Below, in pieces: positions 48,067-58,885 of a stretch of DNA of 64,000 nt. The stretch's first letter is position 1; the number at the start of each line of letters is the position of its first letter. The notes below the pieces were generated by a model. That model was not told the origin of the DNA. It did not search any database and saw only the letters and a program-made list of their open reading frames with translations. The position numbers and the translations under genes were made by a program. Source of the DNA: an uncultured bacterium (GTDB lineage: Bacteria > Bacteroidota > Bacteroidia > J057 > JADKCL01); contig CAWUKT010000031.1 in assembly GCA_963923035.1 (NCBI GenBank), forward strand, positions 119-64,118, in the 5' to 3' direction.

Positions 48067-48966
48067 ATGAAGTCCACTCGACGAAACGTTTTTTTGGGGC
48101 TATTCTTTTTAATCACATTTGCCACCCTCAATCTCGGTTTGAAAGGTCAAATTCTGAAAAATGTGACCGATCCGATCAAGAAAGCCGGCAATACCGTCAC
48201 CCAACCCATCAAAGACACGCGGGAATCCGTCAAAGAAATTTCCCAGCCTGTCAAAGATGTCCGCAATGCCAAGCGTGAAGTGACCCAGCCGGTGACAGAT
48301 GTCAAGCGCGAAGTCGACGGCTTGCAAAGCGATGTCAAGCGGGTGGAAAGTGATGTGGATCGCCTTAAGGGCGATGTCAGCAATACCCGGAGCAATGTGC
48401 GCAACCGTACCCGCAGCAACAAAGACGATGGTACTTCGGCCGCCTCCGGCGCCGATGATTCCGCCCGCGACAAGGCCCGGGCCGATTCGGTCTACAAGAG
48501 CCGCATGCGGACCGGGACCAAGGTCAAAAATGACCAGGCGACTCCGCCGCCCACCCGTACCGTCGAGGCCGACAAGTCCATCTCGGGATCCAGAACCGTT
48601 TTGCTGCCGCCGAGCACCATCAAGGCCCGGCCCCGCCAGCCCGACTATACCTACAACCAGATTGGGGAGTCGCGTCCGGCGACCATGCGGCCCGGCTACC
48701 AAAGCAGTCCCGCCAAATCTGCGATTGACCGCGCGGAATTTGACATCGAAACCATCGAAGAATTGTTCTCGGCCGCGATTTGGACCGGCCCGGACAGCGT
48801 TCATACGGCCCGTTCCATCGACTATATGCTCGGCGAATTGCGGACCGACATCAACGACATCAAGCGGCGCGATCCTGATTGGGATACCATCTTGTACGAA
48901 GACAAGTACCGCAAGTGGCGGGCCCTCTACCGCCGCAATACCGAACCCGAAAGCATTTTCGAATAG
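48067..48966 (+). CDS. Hypothetical secreted protein with amphipathic/coiled-coil repeats
   Basis: Signal-like N-terminus; (V/I)(T/S)xP(I/V)K repeats followed by heptads. Confidence 0.7.
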   Translation: MKSTRRNVFLGLFFLITFATLNLGLKGQILKNVTDPIKKAGNTVTQPIKDTRESVKEISQPVKDVRNAKREVTQPVTDVKREVDGLQSDVKRVESDVDRLKGDVSNTRSNVRNRTRSNKDDGTSAASGADDSARDKARADSVYKSRMRTGTKVKNDQATPPPTRTVEADKSISGSRTVLLPPSTIKARPRQPDYTYNQIGESRPATMRPGYQSSPAKSAIDRAEFDIETIEELFSAAIWTGPDSVHTARSIDYMLGELRTDINDIKRRDPDWDTILYEDKYRKWRALYRRNTEPESIFE

Positions 48967-48984
48967 GAAAATTCACTTTCCAAT

Positions 48985-49016
48985 CAATCCCGGCTGTGAC
49001 CGCACAGCCGGGATTG
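48985..49016 (+). terminator. Perfect 14-bp hairpin
   Basis: CAATCCCGGCTGTG-ACCG-CACAGCCGGGATTG followed by TTATTTT. Confidence 0.65.
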
Positions 49017-49028
49017 TTATTTTGGGGC

Positions 49029-49382
49029 ATGTTGCTCCACCAGGAACTCAATTGGCCGGAGGCTTGGAAGCCCTTGCTGCGCGCCCTCGACGAGGCCGGC
49101 TGGTGGCCCGAAGCAGAGCTCGATGCTCCTGACTGGGCCGTCAGGCCCATTCTTCGCTTGCGCAACGAGTTGGGGCATTGCTGCCACCTGGCATTTTTTC
49201 GGGAGCCAATTTGGTGCGGAAATTCCCGGCAGCAAGCCGGGTTGACCATCGCCGGACTCAGCCGAGAGTACCCGGAGAGCCGTGCTGCTGCCGAACAGAC
49301 CACCTTATTGCTCACGACCGACTGGGAAAGCCAGGTAGAAGAGTGGATTGGGACGCTTGCGGTCCACCCTTTTGAAACTTGA
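49029..49382 (+). CDS. Hypothetical protein
   Basis: 117 aa from the ATG at 49029 (MLLHQELNWPE...); fills the gap between flanking genes. Confidence 0.5.
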   Translation: MLLHQELNWPEAWKPLLRALDEAGWWPEAELDAPDWAVRPILRLRNELGHCCHLAFFREPIWCGNSRQQAGLTIAGLSREYPESRAAAEQTTLLLTTDWESQVEEWIGTLAVHPFET

Positions 49383-49450
49383 CAAGATGTTCATAAACAA
49401 TCCTTTCCACTTTCATTTCCTTTATCGTATTTTCGCCGCAAATCAGTAAC

Positions 49451-50308
49451 ATGAACAAGGTCACTTCGATCGCTGAATTGCAGGAAATCTCCACCCAGGT
49501 CCGCCGGGACATCCTTCGGATGGTCCACGCCGTCCAGTCTGGCCACCCAGGCGGCTCCCTTGGATGCACTGAATTCTTCGTCAGCCTTTACTTCAACCAA
49601 CTGGACCACGACCCCACCAACTTTGCGATGGACGGAGTCGGCCAGGACGTTTTTTTCCTCTCCAATGGCCATATCTCCCCGGTTTGGTACAGCGTACTGG
49701 CCCGGTCGGGATACTTCCCCGTGGAGGAACTCGCCACTTTCCGCAAGATCGACTCGCGGCTCCAGGGGCACCCCGCCACGAAAGAAGGGCTGGAAGGCGT
49801 CCGCGTCGCTTCGGGCTCGCTGGGACAAGGCATGAGCGTGGCATTGGGAGCGGCCCTCGCCAAGCGTCTGAACAAGGACGACAAATTGGTCTACTCCCTC
49901 CACGGCGACGGTGAATTGCAGGAAGGGCAGATCTGGGAGGCCGTCATGTTTGCTGCCCACCACAAGGTCGACAACCTCATCGCGACCATTGACCGGAACA
50001 ACCAACAGATCGACGGGAATACCGAAGATGTCATGGCCTTGGGTGAATTGCGGCCCAAATTCGAGGCCTTTGGCTGGGAAGTGCTGGATATGGACGGGCA
50101 CAATTTTGAAGACATTTTTGCAACGTTGGAAAAAGCCCGGAGCCTCACCGGCCAGGGCAAGCCGATCTGCATCATCATGAATACCGTGATGGGTCAGGGA
50201 GTCGATTTCATGTCGGGGACCCACAAATGGCACGGAAAAGCTCCCAACGATGAACAATTCGCCACCGCAATGGCACAACTTCCCGAAACCAAATTGGGTG
50301 ATTACTGA
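49451..50308 (+). CDS. Transketolase, N-terminal subunit
   Basis: SGHPGGSL, LSNGH, LQGHP, GSLGQG, GDGELQEG TPP motif. Confidence 0.95.
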   Translation: MNKVTSIAELQEISTQVRRDILRMVHAVQSGHPGGSLGCTEFFVSLYFNQLDHDPTNFAMDGVGQDVFFLSNGHISPVWYSVLARSGYFPVEELATFRKIDSRLQGHPATKEGLEGVRVASGSLGQGMSVALGAALAKRLNKDDKLVYSLHGDGELQEGQIWEAVMFAAHHKVDNLIATIDRNNQQIDGNTEDVMALGELRPKFEAFGWEVLDMDGHNFEDIFATLEKARSLTGQGKPICIIMNTVMGQGVDFMSGTHKWHGKAPNDEQFATAMAQLPETKLGDY

Positions 50309-50314
50309 TAGAGG

Positions 50315-51277
50315 ATGATGAAAAAATACGAATCCATCGGAAAGAAAGACACCCGCTCAGGATTTGGGCAGGGCTTGTTGGAGTTGGGGCGGAACAATGA
50401 AAATGTCGTGGCCATGTGTGCGGACCTGACGGGTTCGCTCAAGATGACCGACTTTCAAAATGAGTTCCCCGATCGCTTTTACCAGGTCGGCATCTCCGAA
50501 GCCAATATGATCGGCCTCGCGGCCGGTCTCACCATTGGCGGGAAGATTCCCTTCACGGGTACCTTCGCGAACTTCGCGACCAGCCGCGTCTACGACCAGG
50601 TCCGTCAGTCGGTCGCCTACTCAGGCAAAAACGTCAAAATTTGCGCTTCCCACGCGGGCCTCACCCTCGGGGAAGACGGTGCCACCCACCAGGTGCTGGA
50701 AGACATCGGCATGATGCGGATGTTGCCGGGCATGGCCGTGATCGTTCCCTGCGATTACCACCAGACCCGCCTCGCCACCCTGGCCGTGGCCGAACACCAG
50801 GGGCCGGTTTACCTCCGCTTTGGCCGTCCGAAATGGGATATTTTCACCCCGGCCGAGGACCCCACCTTTGAGATCGGCAAGGCCCAATTGCTGGCCGAAG
50901 GGACGGACGTCTCGATCTTTGCCTGTGGCCACCTCGTTTGGAATTCGTTGAAGGCCGCCGAGGTCCTGGCCGAAGAAGGAATTTCCGCCGAAGTCATCAA
51001 TATCCACACGATCAAGCCCTTGGACGAAGCCGCCATTCTGACCAGCGCCCGCAAGACGGGAGCCGTCGTATCGGCTGAAGAGCACATGCGCAACGGAGGT
51101 TTGGGAGATGCAGTGGCCCAGGTATTGGGACGCTTTGCCCCGACCCCGCAGGAATACGTAGCGGTGAATGACAAGTTTGGGGAGAGCGGAAAGCCCGTGG
51201 AACTCCTCGACAAATACGGTCTGAGCGTCGCCCACGTCGTGGAAGCCGCCAAAGCTGCGATCGCCCGGAAGGCCTGA
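50315..51277 (+). CDS. Transketolase, C-terminal subunit
   Basis: ADLTGS, GISEANM, GEDGATHQ, GPVYLR, IKPLD, AEEH. Confidence 0.95.
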   Translation: MMKKYESIGKKDTRSGFGQGLLELGRNNENVVAMCADLTGSLKMTDFQNEFPDRFYQVGISEANMIGLAAGLTIGGKIPFTGTFANFATSRVYDQVRQSVAYSGKNVKICASHAGLTLGEDGATHQVLEDIGMMRMLPGMAVIVPCDYHQTRLATLAVAEHQGPVYLRFGRPKWDIFTPAEDPTFEIGKAQLLAEGTDVSIFACGHLVWNSLKAAEVLAEEGISAEVINIHTIKPLDEAAILTSARKTGAVVSAEEHMRNGGLGDAVAQVLGRFAPTPQEYVAVNDKFGESGKPVELLDKYGLSVAHVVEAAKAAIARKA

Positions 51278-51280
51278 TCG

Positions 51281-54200
51281 CTAGCGTTTCAAAATCACAT
51301 ATCCGGAATAATTGCCCTCTTCCCCCAGGTCGAGGGTATAGTAGTAGGTGTCATCGGTCAGATTGTCACCGTCCCACTCATTTTCGTAGCTGTTCGAAGC
51401 ATACACCTGGTTGCCCCAGCGGTTGAAGACCGTGAAGCGCCGGGTGCCATAATCTTCGATGCCCCGGATGACGAAGCGGTCGTTGACTTCATCGCCATTG
51501 GGAGAGAAGCCCGTAGGGATAGCCAACGCATTGACAATGAGGAGGACCTCGTCCGATTTGGTGGGGCAACTGCCATTGGAGGTGGTCCAGGTGAAGGTAT
51601 ATTCGCCGGGGAGGAGGTTGTCGAGGGAAGAGGAGGGAGCAGTCGGGGAAATGATCGTTGGACCGGCCGGACTTACGGTCCAGAGGCCCGTGCCCACGGC
51701 GGGTGCATTGCCGCTCAGGCTGACTTCCGCGCTGGCGCTGACGACCATGTCAGCCCCGGCATCGGGGTCCGAAGGGGCCGCGTCGATGTCAAAATCGACT
51801 TGCGCCGTGTCCCGACAGCCGTTGCTGTCGGCATAGGCATACGCAATGGCGTACGTTCCCGCCCCAATTTGGGCCGGATCGAGCACGTTTCCGGTCAGGG
51901 GCCCGCCAATGAACTGGCCACCGCCGGGACTGATGACGAGGAAGTCGGCCCCATCGCTTTCGCAGTAGAGGGAATCCACACCATTGATGCTAACAGTGGG
52001 AATCGGGAACATGTCGATGGTGATGCTCGTGGAATCCGAGCAACCCGCGGCATTGGAGAGGGTCACGGAATAGGTTCCGCTTTGGGTGGCCGAGAAGGTC
52101 GGGTTTGTGGAGCCATCCTGCCACAGGTAACTGGTGGCGGTTCCGGGATCGAGCATCAGCGTCTGAGATCCGCAGAAGCTGGTATCGGCGCCGAGATCGG
52201 CTGTGGGAGGAGCCACCTGGGTGACCAAAATGGTATCGCTGCCACTGCAATTTCCTGCGACCATGTCCACGGTATAAATCCCGCCACTGCTGACAGTGGT
52301 GGCATTACCCGTATCCCCATTCGACCACACATACGACTGCGCAACTACCTGACTCACCAATTCCACCGAATCTCCCACGCAAAACCCCGTATCCGTAGCC
52401 AGGGCCACCGAAAACACGGTTTCATCCACCCAAATGGTATCAAATTCCGAGCAAACGACTCCTGACATGGCTTCCGGGAAGGAAAATGTTTCCAGCACGT
52501 ATTGGCCGCCGCTGGTGACGAAGGTCGAGGCGCTGGTATCGCCGTTGGACCAGAGGAAGGTCGCGCAATCCATACACGAACTGGGGGCGAGGGCAAGGGT
52601 ATCGCCTTCACACAATTCGCCGAGGCTGTCCAGGGTTGCATTCGGTGGGAACCACACTTCGATAACGACGGTATCCGAAGCGGTACAGCCAAATTGGTCC
52701 TGGACCTTGACCAGGTAACTGGAGGCGGAATTGACGGTGATGGTGGGATTGGAGCCCAGGGAGGTCATGCCCACCGACCATTGGTAGCCGGAAAAATTGC
52801 CGGGTGAGAGGGTATAGGGAAGGTTTTCGCAGATCGTGGTATCGGGGCCTAAGTCCGGTTGAGGAGCGGAAATGAGGGCAATGGGGAACGAAACGGGGTA
52901 TATTTCTCCGCAACTGGGGGAGCTGAAATACTCGACCAGAATGGTCATTGAGTTAGAAAATGGCCCTGCCTCAAGTTGGAGGAGCCCCGCATTGCCGGGA
53001 ACCGGATTGCCTAATGGGTTGCCGGTGGCGCTGTCGATCAGGGCGTAGGAAAATGCGGGGTCGGAATTGGGAATGGAAAACACGACGGTGTCCTGCCCAC
53101 AAATCGAGGTGGCGGAAGTCGTCACCTGGCCAACGGTAGTGGTCGGGCAGCTCAATTTCCCCATCCAGATATTTTGCTGTCCACTTGCCGGCAATTGGAG
53201 GCCGGCAGCGTTTTGGAAATTGACGAGGTTGCTGGAATAATTGCCGCCGGTATACACCCCGTCGCTCTCCACCTCCAGACCGCGGGCTCCCATGCTCTGC
53301 GAGTTATAGGCAAATGTGAACCACCCCAAATAGCTTCCTTGCAGGTCGAAACTGGCGACCACACTCAATACATTCCCCGGGTTGGCGGCGGAGCTTCCCG
53401 GTGCGAAATGCAGGGAATCCTCGGCCTGGGCCGAGACGTAGAGCAAATCGTCGGGTCCAAGGTCGATTTCCAGGAAACCATCCCGGCTGCTGCCGTTGGC
53501 GGTGCCCCCGTAGGCGTACGCCCACTGACACTGGCCATTCGCCCCGGAAAAGCTGGCCATCCAGCCATCTTCCGACCCGGTCGTCCCCAATTGCCAGTTG
53601 TTGCCGAAGTCGACCGAGTCGGCGAGGGTGCCGACCGCGTAGACGACGCCATTTCGGGCCACGAGGTCGGAGGGAAACTCGTCACCGGGCCCGCCGTAGC
53701 TTTCCAGCCAAAGTGGAGTTCCCGAAAGGTCGAGGGCCGTTAGGAAAATGTCCTGCATTTGGGCGGGTGCCGTGATGGCAGGGCCGAGGGGGAGGTAATT
53801 CGCGGTGGAATTGTCCAAGGTCCCCGAAAAATAGATACGGTTGGCATCGGTGGTCATCCCTGAGACCGTCAGCGGGCCGGGGCTGAATATTCCCCGCAAC
53901 CAGACGGGGTTTCCGGATTGACGGGCCAGGGCCAGAACAAAGACGTTTTCCTGCGCTGGAGATGAATTGATGGTCTGGGAACCCGCCGTCAGCGTGCCCT
54001 GGAAGACCCCGGCGACGATCACGAGGGTGTCCCGGACTTCAATCTCGCGCACCTCGCTGGAATTGTTGCCGGCGGGCTTGAAGTTCCACTGGTGCTGGAA
54101 ATTGGAGTCGAGGCAAGTCACCCACGCAGAAACCCCTATATTGGAATTTTCCATCCAAATGGGCGCGACCAGGCTGCCGGAGACATCGAGTGAATCTTCG

Positions 54201-54556
54201 AAGCTCCCCCCGATAAAGATATTTTCATTGTCATCAATGGCCACATCTTCGGCGAAACTCTCCTCAGAAGCGGGGAAACTGGCGACGTTCAAAATATTTC
54301 CCTGGGGATCGAATGAAAAGACGAAAGGTTCTATTTGGCCGGGAGAATAGGGGACCGGACCATTCGCATTCAGACTGAGGGGTTGAGAAAAAGACCCTGC
54401 GGCCACACCAAATCCACCTTGGTCCGTGAAATCCAAGCCGGAAATTGTTTCCGTACCATTGCTACTGGCAGAAAACGTCCAATCCCATTCCTGACCCTTC
54501 GCTTTTTCCACAAGCAACGAAAGCGCCAGGACCAGTATGATCCGTGCAGGCCACAT
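51281..54556 (-). CDS. T9SS type B (CHU_C) cargo protein with beta-propeller and Ig-like repeats
   Basis: C-terminal IPTGFSPNGDEVNDRF...FNRWG...TYYY...ILKR; LGxDTxxC repeats. Confidence 0.9.
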   Translation of the reverse strand: MWPARIILVLALSLLVEKAKGQEWDWTFSASSNGTETISGLDFTDQGGFGVAAGSFSQPLSLNANGPVPYSPGQIEPFVFSFDPQGNILNVASFPASEESFAEDVAIDDNENIFIGGSFEDSLDVSGSLVAPIWMENSNIGVSAWVTCLDSNFQHQWNFKPAGNNSSEVREIEVRDTLVIVAGVFQGTLTAGSQTINSSPAQENVFVLALARQSGNPVWLRGIFSPGPLTVSGMTTDANRIYFSGTLDNSTANYLPLGPAITAPAQMQDIFLTALDLSGTPLWLESYGGPGDEFPSDLVARNGVVYAVGTLADSVDFGNNWQLGTTGSEDGWMASFSGANGQCQWAYAYGGTANGSSRDGFLEIDLGPDDLLYVSAQAEDSLHFAPGSSAANPGNVLSVVASFDLQGSYLGWFTFAYNSQSMGARGLEVESDGVYTGGNYSSNLVNFQNAAGLQLPASGQQNIWMGKLSCPTTTVGQVTTSATSICGQDTVVFSIPNSDPAFSYALIDSATGNPLGNPVPGNAGLLQLEAGPFSNSMTILVEYFSSPSCGEIYPVSFPIALISAPQPDLGPDTTICENLPYTLSPGNFSGYQWSVGMTSLGSNPTITVNSASSYLVKVQDQFGCTASDTVVIEVWFPPNATLDSLGELCEGDTLALAPSSCMDCATFLWSNGDTSASTFVTSGGQYVLETFSFPEAMSGVVCSEFDTIWVDETVFSVALATDTGFCVGDSVELVSQVVAQSYVWSNGDTGNATTVSSGGIYTVDMVAGNCSGSDTILVTQVAPPTADLGADTSFCGSQTLMLDPGTATSYLWQDGSTNPTFSATQSGTYSVTLSNAAGCSDSTSITIDMFPIPTVSINGVDSLYCESDGADFLVISPGGGQFIGGPLTGNVLDPAQIGAGTYAIAYAYADSNGCRDTAQVDFDIDAAPSDPDAGADMVVSASAEVSLSGNAPAVGTGLWTVSPAGPTIISPTAPSSSLDNLLPGEYTFTWTTSNGSCPTKSDEVLLIVNALAIPTGFSPNGDEVNDRFVIRGIEDYGTRRFTVFNRWGNQVYASNSYENEWDGDNLTDDTYYYTLDLGEEGNYSGYVILKR

Positions 54557-54850
54557 GTTTTACTACTCAAATTTTAAATACTAGAGCTTTTTCTTCTGTA
54601 ACTCTAACCAATGATGCTAATTCAAAATAGCGAAAATATCTTCGCAAATCGAGCCCCGAACGATAGAAAATTTTACGAGGAGGGATGTTGGGGGGCAAAA
54701 AAACAGAATCACCTGCTCCATTGACCGACGAAAAGGGGAAGAAACCTGTAATTCTCCCAGATTTATTATCTTGGTAATGATTCGATTCCGATCATTATTG
54801 TAGTGCCTGGGACATTCTTTTAAAAATCACTCATTATCGCTCGCGCGTTT

Positions 54851-56746
54851 ATGAAAAGTCAGCTTATACCCCTGTTGATCGGACTTATTGTCAGCATATT
54901 GGGATTCAACCAGCCACAACTCAAGGCCCAAAGTGGTGGGCCCGACGACTTTGGCTATACCTGGTTGACTTCTGATGCCCCTACCGGTCCTGAATTCCGA
55001 TGGGTGGACCTTCCCAGTCTGCCCAATGCCGTCCTTCAGTCCGGACTCGACGATGAAAATTCAATCGGTCCCATCCCCTTGGGCTTTGATTTTCGGTATT
55101 TCTGGCGGGATCAGAACTCCATTACCGTGGGCTCCAATGGCTGGCTGGGATTTGACTATGTCCCCAACCTCAGCTGGTGTTTTCAAAGCCTCCCTTCTGC
55201 GAACAATACCCCCAACAATATCCTGGCGCCTTTGATGGTCGACCTCAACTTTGGCACCAAGTACCCCACTCTCCCCAATCCGGGAGAAGTCTGGTTTTGG
55301 ACCAACCAGGCCGATTCAGCCATCATTTCTTACCACGACGCGCCCTTTTGGAAGGACGACCAGAGTGGCACGGCGCCGCCCGACTGGGGCGGGGGAAATA
55401 CCTTCCAGATCATTCTGGACGCCTCCGACAGCAGCATCACTTATCAGTACCTCCATCTCGACGATGCCCTGTTCATCAACTACGCCATTTGCCCGCGGGA
55501 CCTCATTGTCGGATACGAAGGGCCGACCGGGAAAATTGGGGACGAAATGTTCCGGGAAGTGGTCCCGGACGACAGCTTTACGATCCGGATTGTCCATCCG
55601 ACGCAGGACACCTTTCAAGTCCAGGATGCTGCCCCCTTGTGGACCCTCACGCCCGAAAGCAAGGCCAAGTTCGTCCTGGCCAATACCCCGGTGGACATCG
55701 AAACCCAGGTCTCCAACCTCGGCAATGCACCCCTGGACTCCGGCACGATCGTCACCCACCGGATCTTTGACCCCCAATTCAATTTCATCTGGTTCCGCCG
55801 CGACACCCTGGAATCGGTGGCCCCGGGCACAGTTGTCCCAGTGGAGCCCACGTATTCTTCCGGCCTGACCAAGACCGGAGGGCATTTTGTCCGAACCTCC
55901 GTCCAGGCCGCCGCCGATCCCAATACGCTCAACAACGACCTGTTTACGGAGTTGAACGTGGTGGCAGATACGGGAAATCAGTTCCAGCTCAGTTATGCCA
56001 CGGGTGGTCAGCCCATTACAGAACTGGCGTTTCCGGGCAGCATCGGGGACTATGGCGCGGGTATTTTCATCGATTATCCCTACCACGACATCAAAATTCG
56101 GGCGGTGGAAGTCTTCATTGCGGGTGATGGAAACGTCAATACCCCTATGCCGGTCGGCTTTCGGCTGGACCTGTACGCAGATGGGTTGAATGGCCCCGGT
56201 CCCCAGTTGGCATCTGAATTGGTGCCGTCCACGTCGGTGATCGAAGAGGATTGGAACCTGATCGAGTTTGACCCGCCCGTCGCGGTGGATTCCGGCCGCG
56301 TATTTGTCGGGTGGATCCAGGGGGGAGATGGCGTGGGCATCGGGGTGGAAACCGAATCGCCGATTTCCCGGCGGAGTTATGAGATCATCAATGGGCAGTG
56401 GGCGCCTTTTCGGAGGAATAATTTGGAGGAACTGCTCCTAAAGGTCCACGCCGAGCGGACTTTGGTGGGGAGGGAAAAGCCGGTGGAACGCGGTTGGTCG
56501 GTGGAAATCACTCCGAATCCCAGCCGGGGAGAGGCCGTGGTGATTTGGGACCAGAAGCGGGCAGGTGCCATGAAAATGGAAGTTTTTGATATGCAGGGGA
56601 AAAGGGTGCTGGAAAAAAAGTGGCCCCAAAGAGGCCCGGGAATTTACCGGGAGAAACTATCAGCTGAACTGTCGCCCGGAGTCTTCACGGTGATTTTTTC
56701 CAATAAATGGGGACGATCCTCTCAAAAGTGGGTACTAATGGATTAG
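54851..56746 (+). CDS. T9SS type A cargo protein with NIDO-like N-terminal domain (paralog 1)
   Basis: GGPDDFGYTW, LDDENSIGPIPLGFDF, GSNGWL, APLMVDLN; TPNP CTD. Confidence 0.8.
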   Translation: MKSQLIPLLIGLIVSILGFNQPQLKAQSGGPDDFGYTWLTSDAPTGPEFRWVDLPSLPNAVLQSGLDDENSIGPIPLGFDFRYFWRDQNSITVGSNGWLGFDYVPNLSWCFQSLPSANNTPNNILAPLMVDLNFGTKYPTLPNPGEVWFWTNQADSAIISYHDAPFWKDDQSGTAPPDWGGGNTFQIILDASDSSITYQYLHLDDALFINYAICPRDLIVGYEGPTGKIGDEMFREVVPDDSFTIRIVHPTQDTFQVQDAAPLWTLTPESKAKFVLANTPVDIETQVSNLGNAPLDSGTIVTHRIFDPQFNFIWFRRDTLESVAPGTVVPVEPTYSSGLTKTGGHFVRTSVQAAADPNTLNNDLFTELNVVADTGNQFQLSYATGGQPITELAFPGSIGDYGAGIFIDYPYHDIKIRAVEVFIAGDGNVNTPMPVGFRLDLYADGLNGPGPQLASELVPSTSVIEEDWNLIEFDPPVAVDSGRVFVGWIQGGDGVGIGVETESPISRRSYEIINGQWAPFRRNNLEELLLKVHAERTLVGREKPVERGWSVEITPNPSRGEAVVIWDQKRAGAMKMEVFDMQGKRVLEKKWPQRGPGIYREKLSAELSPGVFTVIFSNKWGRSSQKWVLMD

Positions 56747-56825
56747 GGAAAGGTTGAATTATACCGGTCAAGTCTTAACTTTGTTTCTTTGGATCAATTC
56801 AGAGATTACAAAAATCCATTTCGGT

Positions 56826-58700
56826 ATGAGAAAACCTTTACTATTTGCACTTTGCCTCCTTATCTGCAGTGCGTTCACGATGCCGGTCTTCGCAGGCCAG
56901 GGCGGTCCTGACACCTACGGATACACATGGAAAGATTCTAACGAGCCAGACGTGAGCTTCACCTGGCTGGACATTACCCAGGTCAGCGGAGCCGTCAACG
57001 TTTCTGGTCTTGCTGACGACAACGCTGTTGGCCCCTTCGCAATGGGCTGGGATTTCCACTACTACTGGACCGATTACGACATGATCAAGATCGGATCCAA
57101 CGGTTGGTTGTCTTTCGACAACGTAGGTAACATTGCCGCCTGTTTCCCGACCATTCCTGCTCAGGGTGGTGCTGGCGACAACATCATCGCTCCGTTCATG
57201 TCCGACGTGAACCTCTCTGACGCTACGGGCAACAACCCGGCTGAAGTTTGGTACTGGTCCAACGGGGTCGATTCCTTCATCGTTCAGTACCGCGATTGCG
57301 GTTGGTGGACGAACGCCAACCCCGACTTCGTCGGTGACAACGACTTCCAGGTAGTATTTGATGGAACCGACTCTTCCATCACCTTTAACTACCTGAACGT
57401 AGATGCAGCTGCCTTCCCCGGCGGCGCGGGTTGCCCCACCTTCATGGAAATCGGTATCGAAAACCTGACCGGTAACTTCGGCCTCCAGGTCTTCAGCGGA
57501 ACCACCGTTCCCCCGAGCAACTTCTCCATCAAGTTCATCTATCCCCCGACCGTTAGCTTCCAGGTTCCCGACGCCACGCCGGTATGGAACGCCAACGCCG
57601 AAAATGGCGGTCAGTTCTTCTTTACCAATGCCCCCATTTCCCTTGAATCCAACATTGGCAACGTAGGTAGCGCCTCCGTAACGTCTTCGATCAACGTCAC
57701 GGCTACGGTTGACTCCACCTCGAATGCCTCCTCGAATATCTTTACCGATGCCATCACCCTGGACAGCTTGTCCTTCGGAGATGATACCACGGTAGCATTC
57801 CCCACCACAGCCGTCCTTCCCGATGCCCGCTCTTATTTCTTCAATGTGGACCTGTCCTCCACGGGTGATATCAACCCGTCGAACAACGGCAATACCACTG
57901 AGATTGTTGGGGTCGACCAAGGTCCGGCCGGTGGATACGTGCTGGATTACACCGAAGGCGTACCGAACACGGGTCAGTTTACCTTCCTGAACTGGGCCGG
58001 TGGTGGCTCCGACGAAGGTGCTGCAGTTGAGTACGTGCCTCCGGGCTACCCCTTCACGATTGACTCAGTGCGCATCTGGCTGGCCCAGGACGGTGACAAC
58101 AGCACCCCCTACCTCCACGGATGTACCATTGAAATCCTCGACGGCCCCGACGGCAACGTTTTGGCTTCCGACTCCTTCCCCCCGAGTGCCCTGAACGATA
58201 ACTCCTTCTCCAGTCTCGCCATGTCCACTCCCGTTGTCATTTCCTCGGGTGGATTCGTCGTCTCCTGGTTGCAAGGTGGTAGCGACATCGCTCTCGCCCG
58301 TGAAGCGGACGGTCCGATTTCTCAGCGTACCTACGAAATCCTCGGTGGTGCTTGGGCTCCCTTCCGTGACAACACCGCTGAAGACCTGATCATCCAGGTA
58401 GTTGGTGGCAGCCCCGTTGCCATTGACGCTGGTGAAGTTGCTGGCATCGAGATGACCGCTTACCCGAACCCGGTAACCGGCGCGCTCCTGAACGTTGATT
58501 ACAGCGTAGAAGCCCTCTCCGATGTTGACTTCCGCGTCACCAACCTCATGGGCCAGACGGTTTGGGCCAAGACCCACACCCAAATCCCTGCCGGTCAGTA
58601 CCGCTTCAATATCCAGACTGAACAACTCACCGATGGCGTTTACTTCCTCTCCATGGAGCAAAATGGTCAGCGTGTAGTTCAAAAAATCGTGGTTGAATAA
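56826..58700 (+). CDS. T9SS type A cargo protein with NIDO-like N-terminal domain (paralog 2)
   Basis: Start MRKPLL at 56826; GGPDTYGYTW, ADDNAVGPFAMGWDF, GSNGWL, APFMSDVN; YPNP CTD. Confidence 0.85.
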   Translation: MRKPLLFALCLLICSAFTMPVFAGQGGPDTYGYTWKDSNEPDVSFTWLDITQVSGAVNVSGLADDNAVGPFAMGWDFHYYWTDYDMIKIGSNGWLSFDNVGNIAACFPTIPAQGGAGDNIIAPFMSDVNLSDATGNNPAEVWYWSNGVDSFIVQYRDCGWWTNANPDFVGDNDFQVVFDGTDSSITFNYLNVDAAAFPGGAGCPTFMEIGIENLTGNFGLQVFSGTTVPPSNFSIKFIYPPTVSFQVPDATPVWNANAENGGQFFFTNAPISLESNIGNVGSASVTSSINVTATVDSTSNASSNIFTDAITLDSLSFGDDTTVAFPTTAVLPDARSYFFNVDLSSTGDINPSNNGNTTEIVGVDQGPAGGYVLDYTEGVPNTGQFTFLNWAGGGSDEGAAVEYVPPGYPFTIDSVRIWLAQDGDNSTPYLHGCTIEILDGPDGNVLASDSFPPSALNDNSFSSLAMSTPVVISSGGFVVSWLQGGSDIALAREADGPISQRTYEILGGAWAPFRDNTAEDLIIQVVGGSPVAIDAGEVAGIEMTAYPNPVTGALLNVDYSVEALSDVDFRVTNLMGQTVWAKTHTQIPAGQYRFNIQTEQLTDGVYFLSMEQNGQRVVQKIVVE

Positions 58701-58723
58701 ACCCGAAATAATTTATCCTGAAG

Positions 58724-58753
58724 AAAGGCTGCCCTGCGGGGTGGCCTTTTTTT
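58724..58753 (+). terminator. Rho-independent terminator
   Basis: AAAGGCTGCCC-TGCG-GGGTGGCCTTT followed by a T-run. Confidence 0.8.
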
Positions 58754-58885
58754 ATACCGGGAAATGAAAAAAGAAGGGTATGGATTTTTGATGGAAGGTA
58801 AAGGGATTCTTGCATTCAATTTCCCACCTTTTATCTTTGTGAAGCGGCTTCGAGTTTTAATTGCCATCCCATTCAGAATGATCTT

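Noticed and set aside
49451-51277. Transketolase split as a frameshift
   Set aside because: Two-gene transketolases are normal in Bacteroidota, and both ORFs have proper starts and ends.
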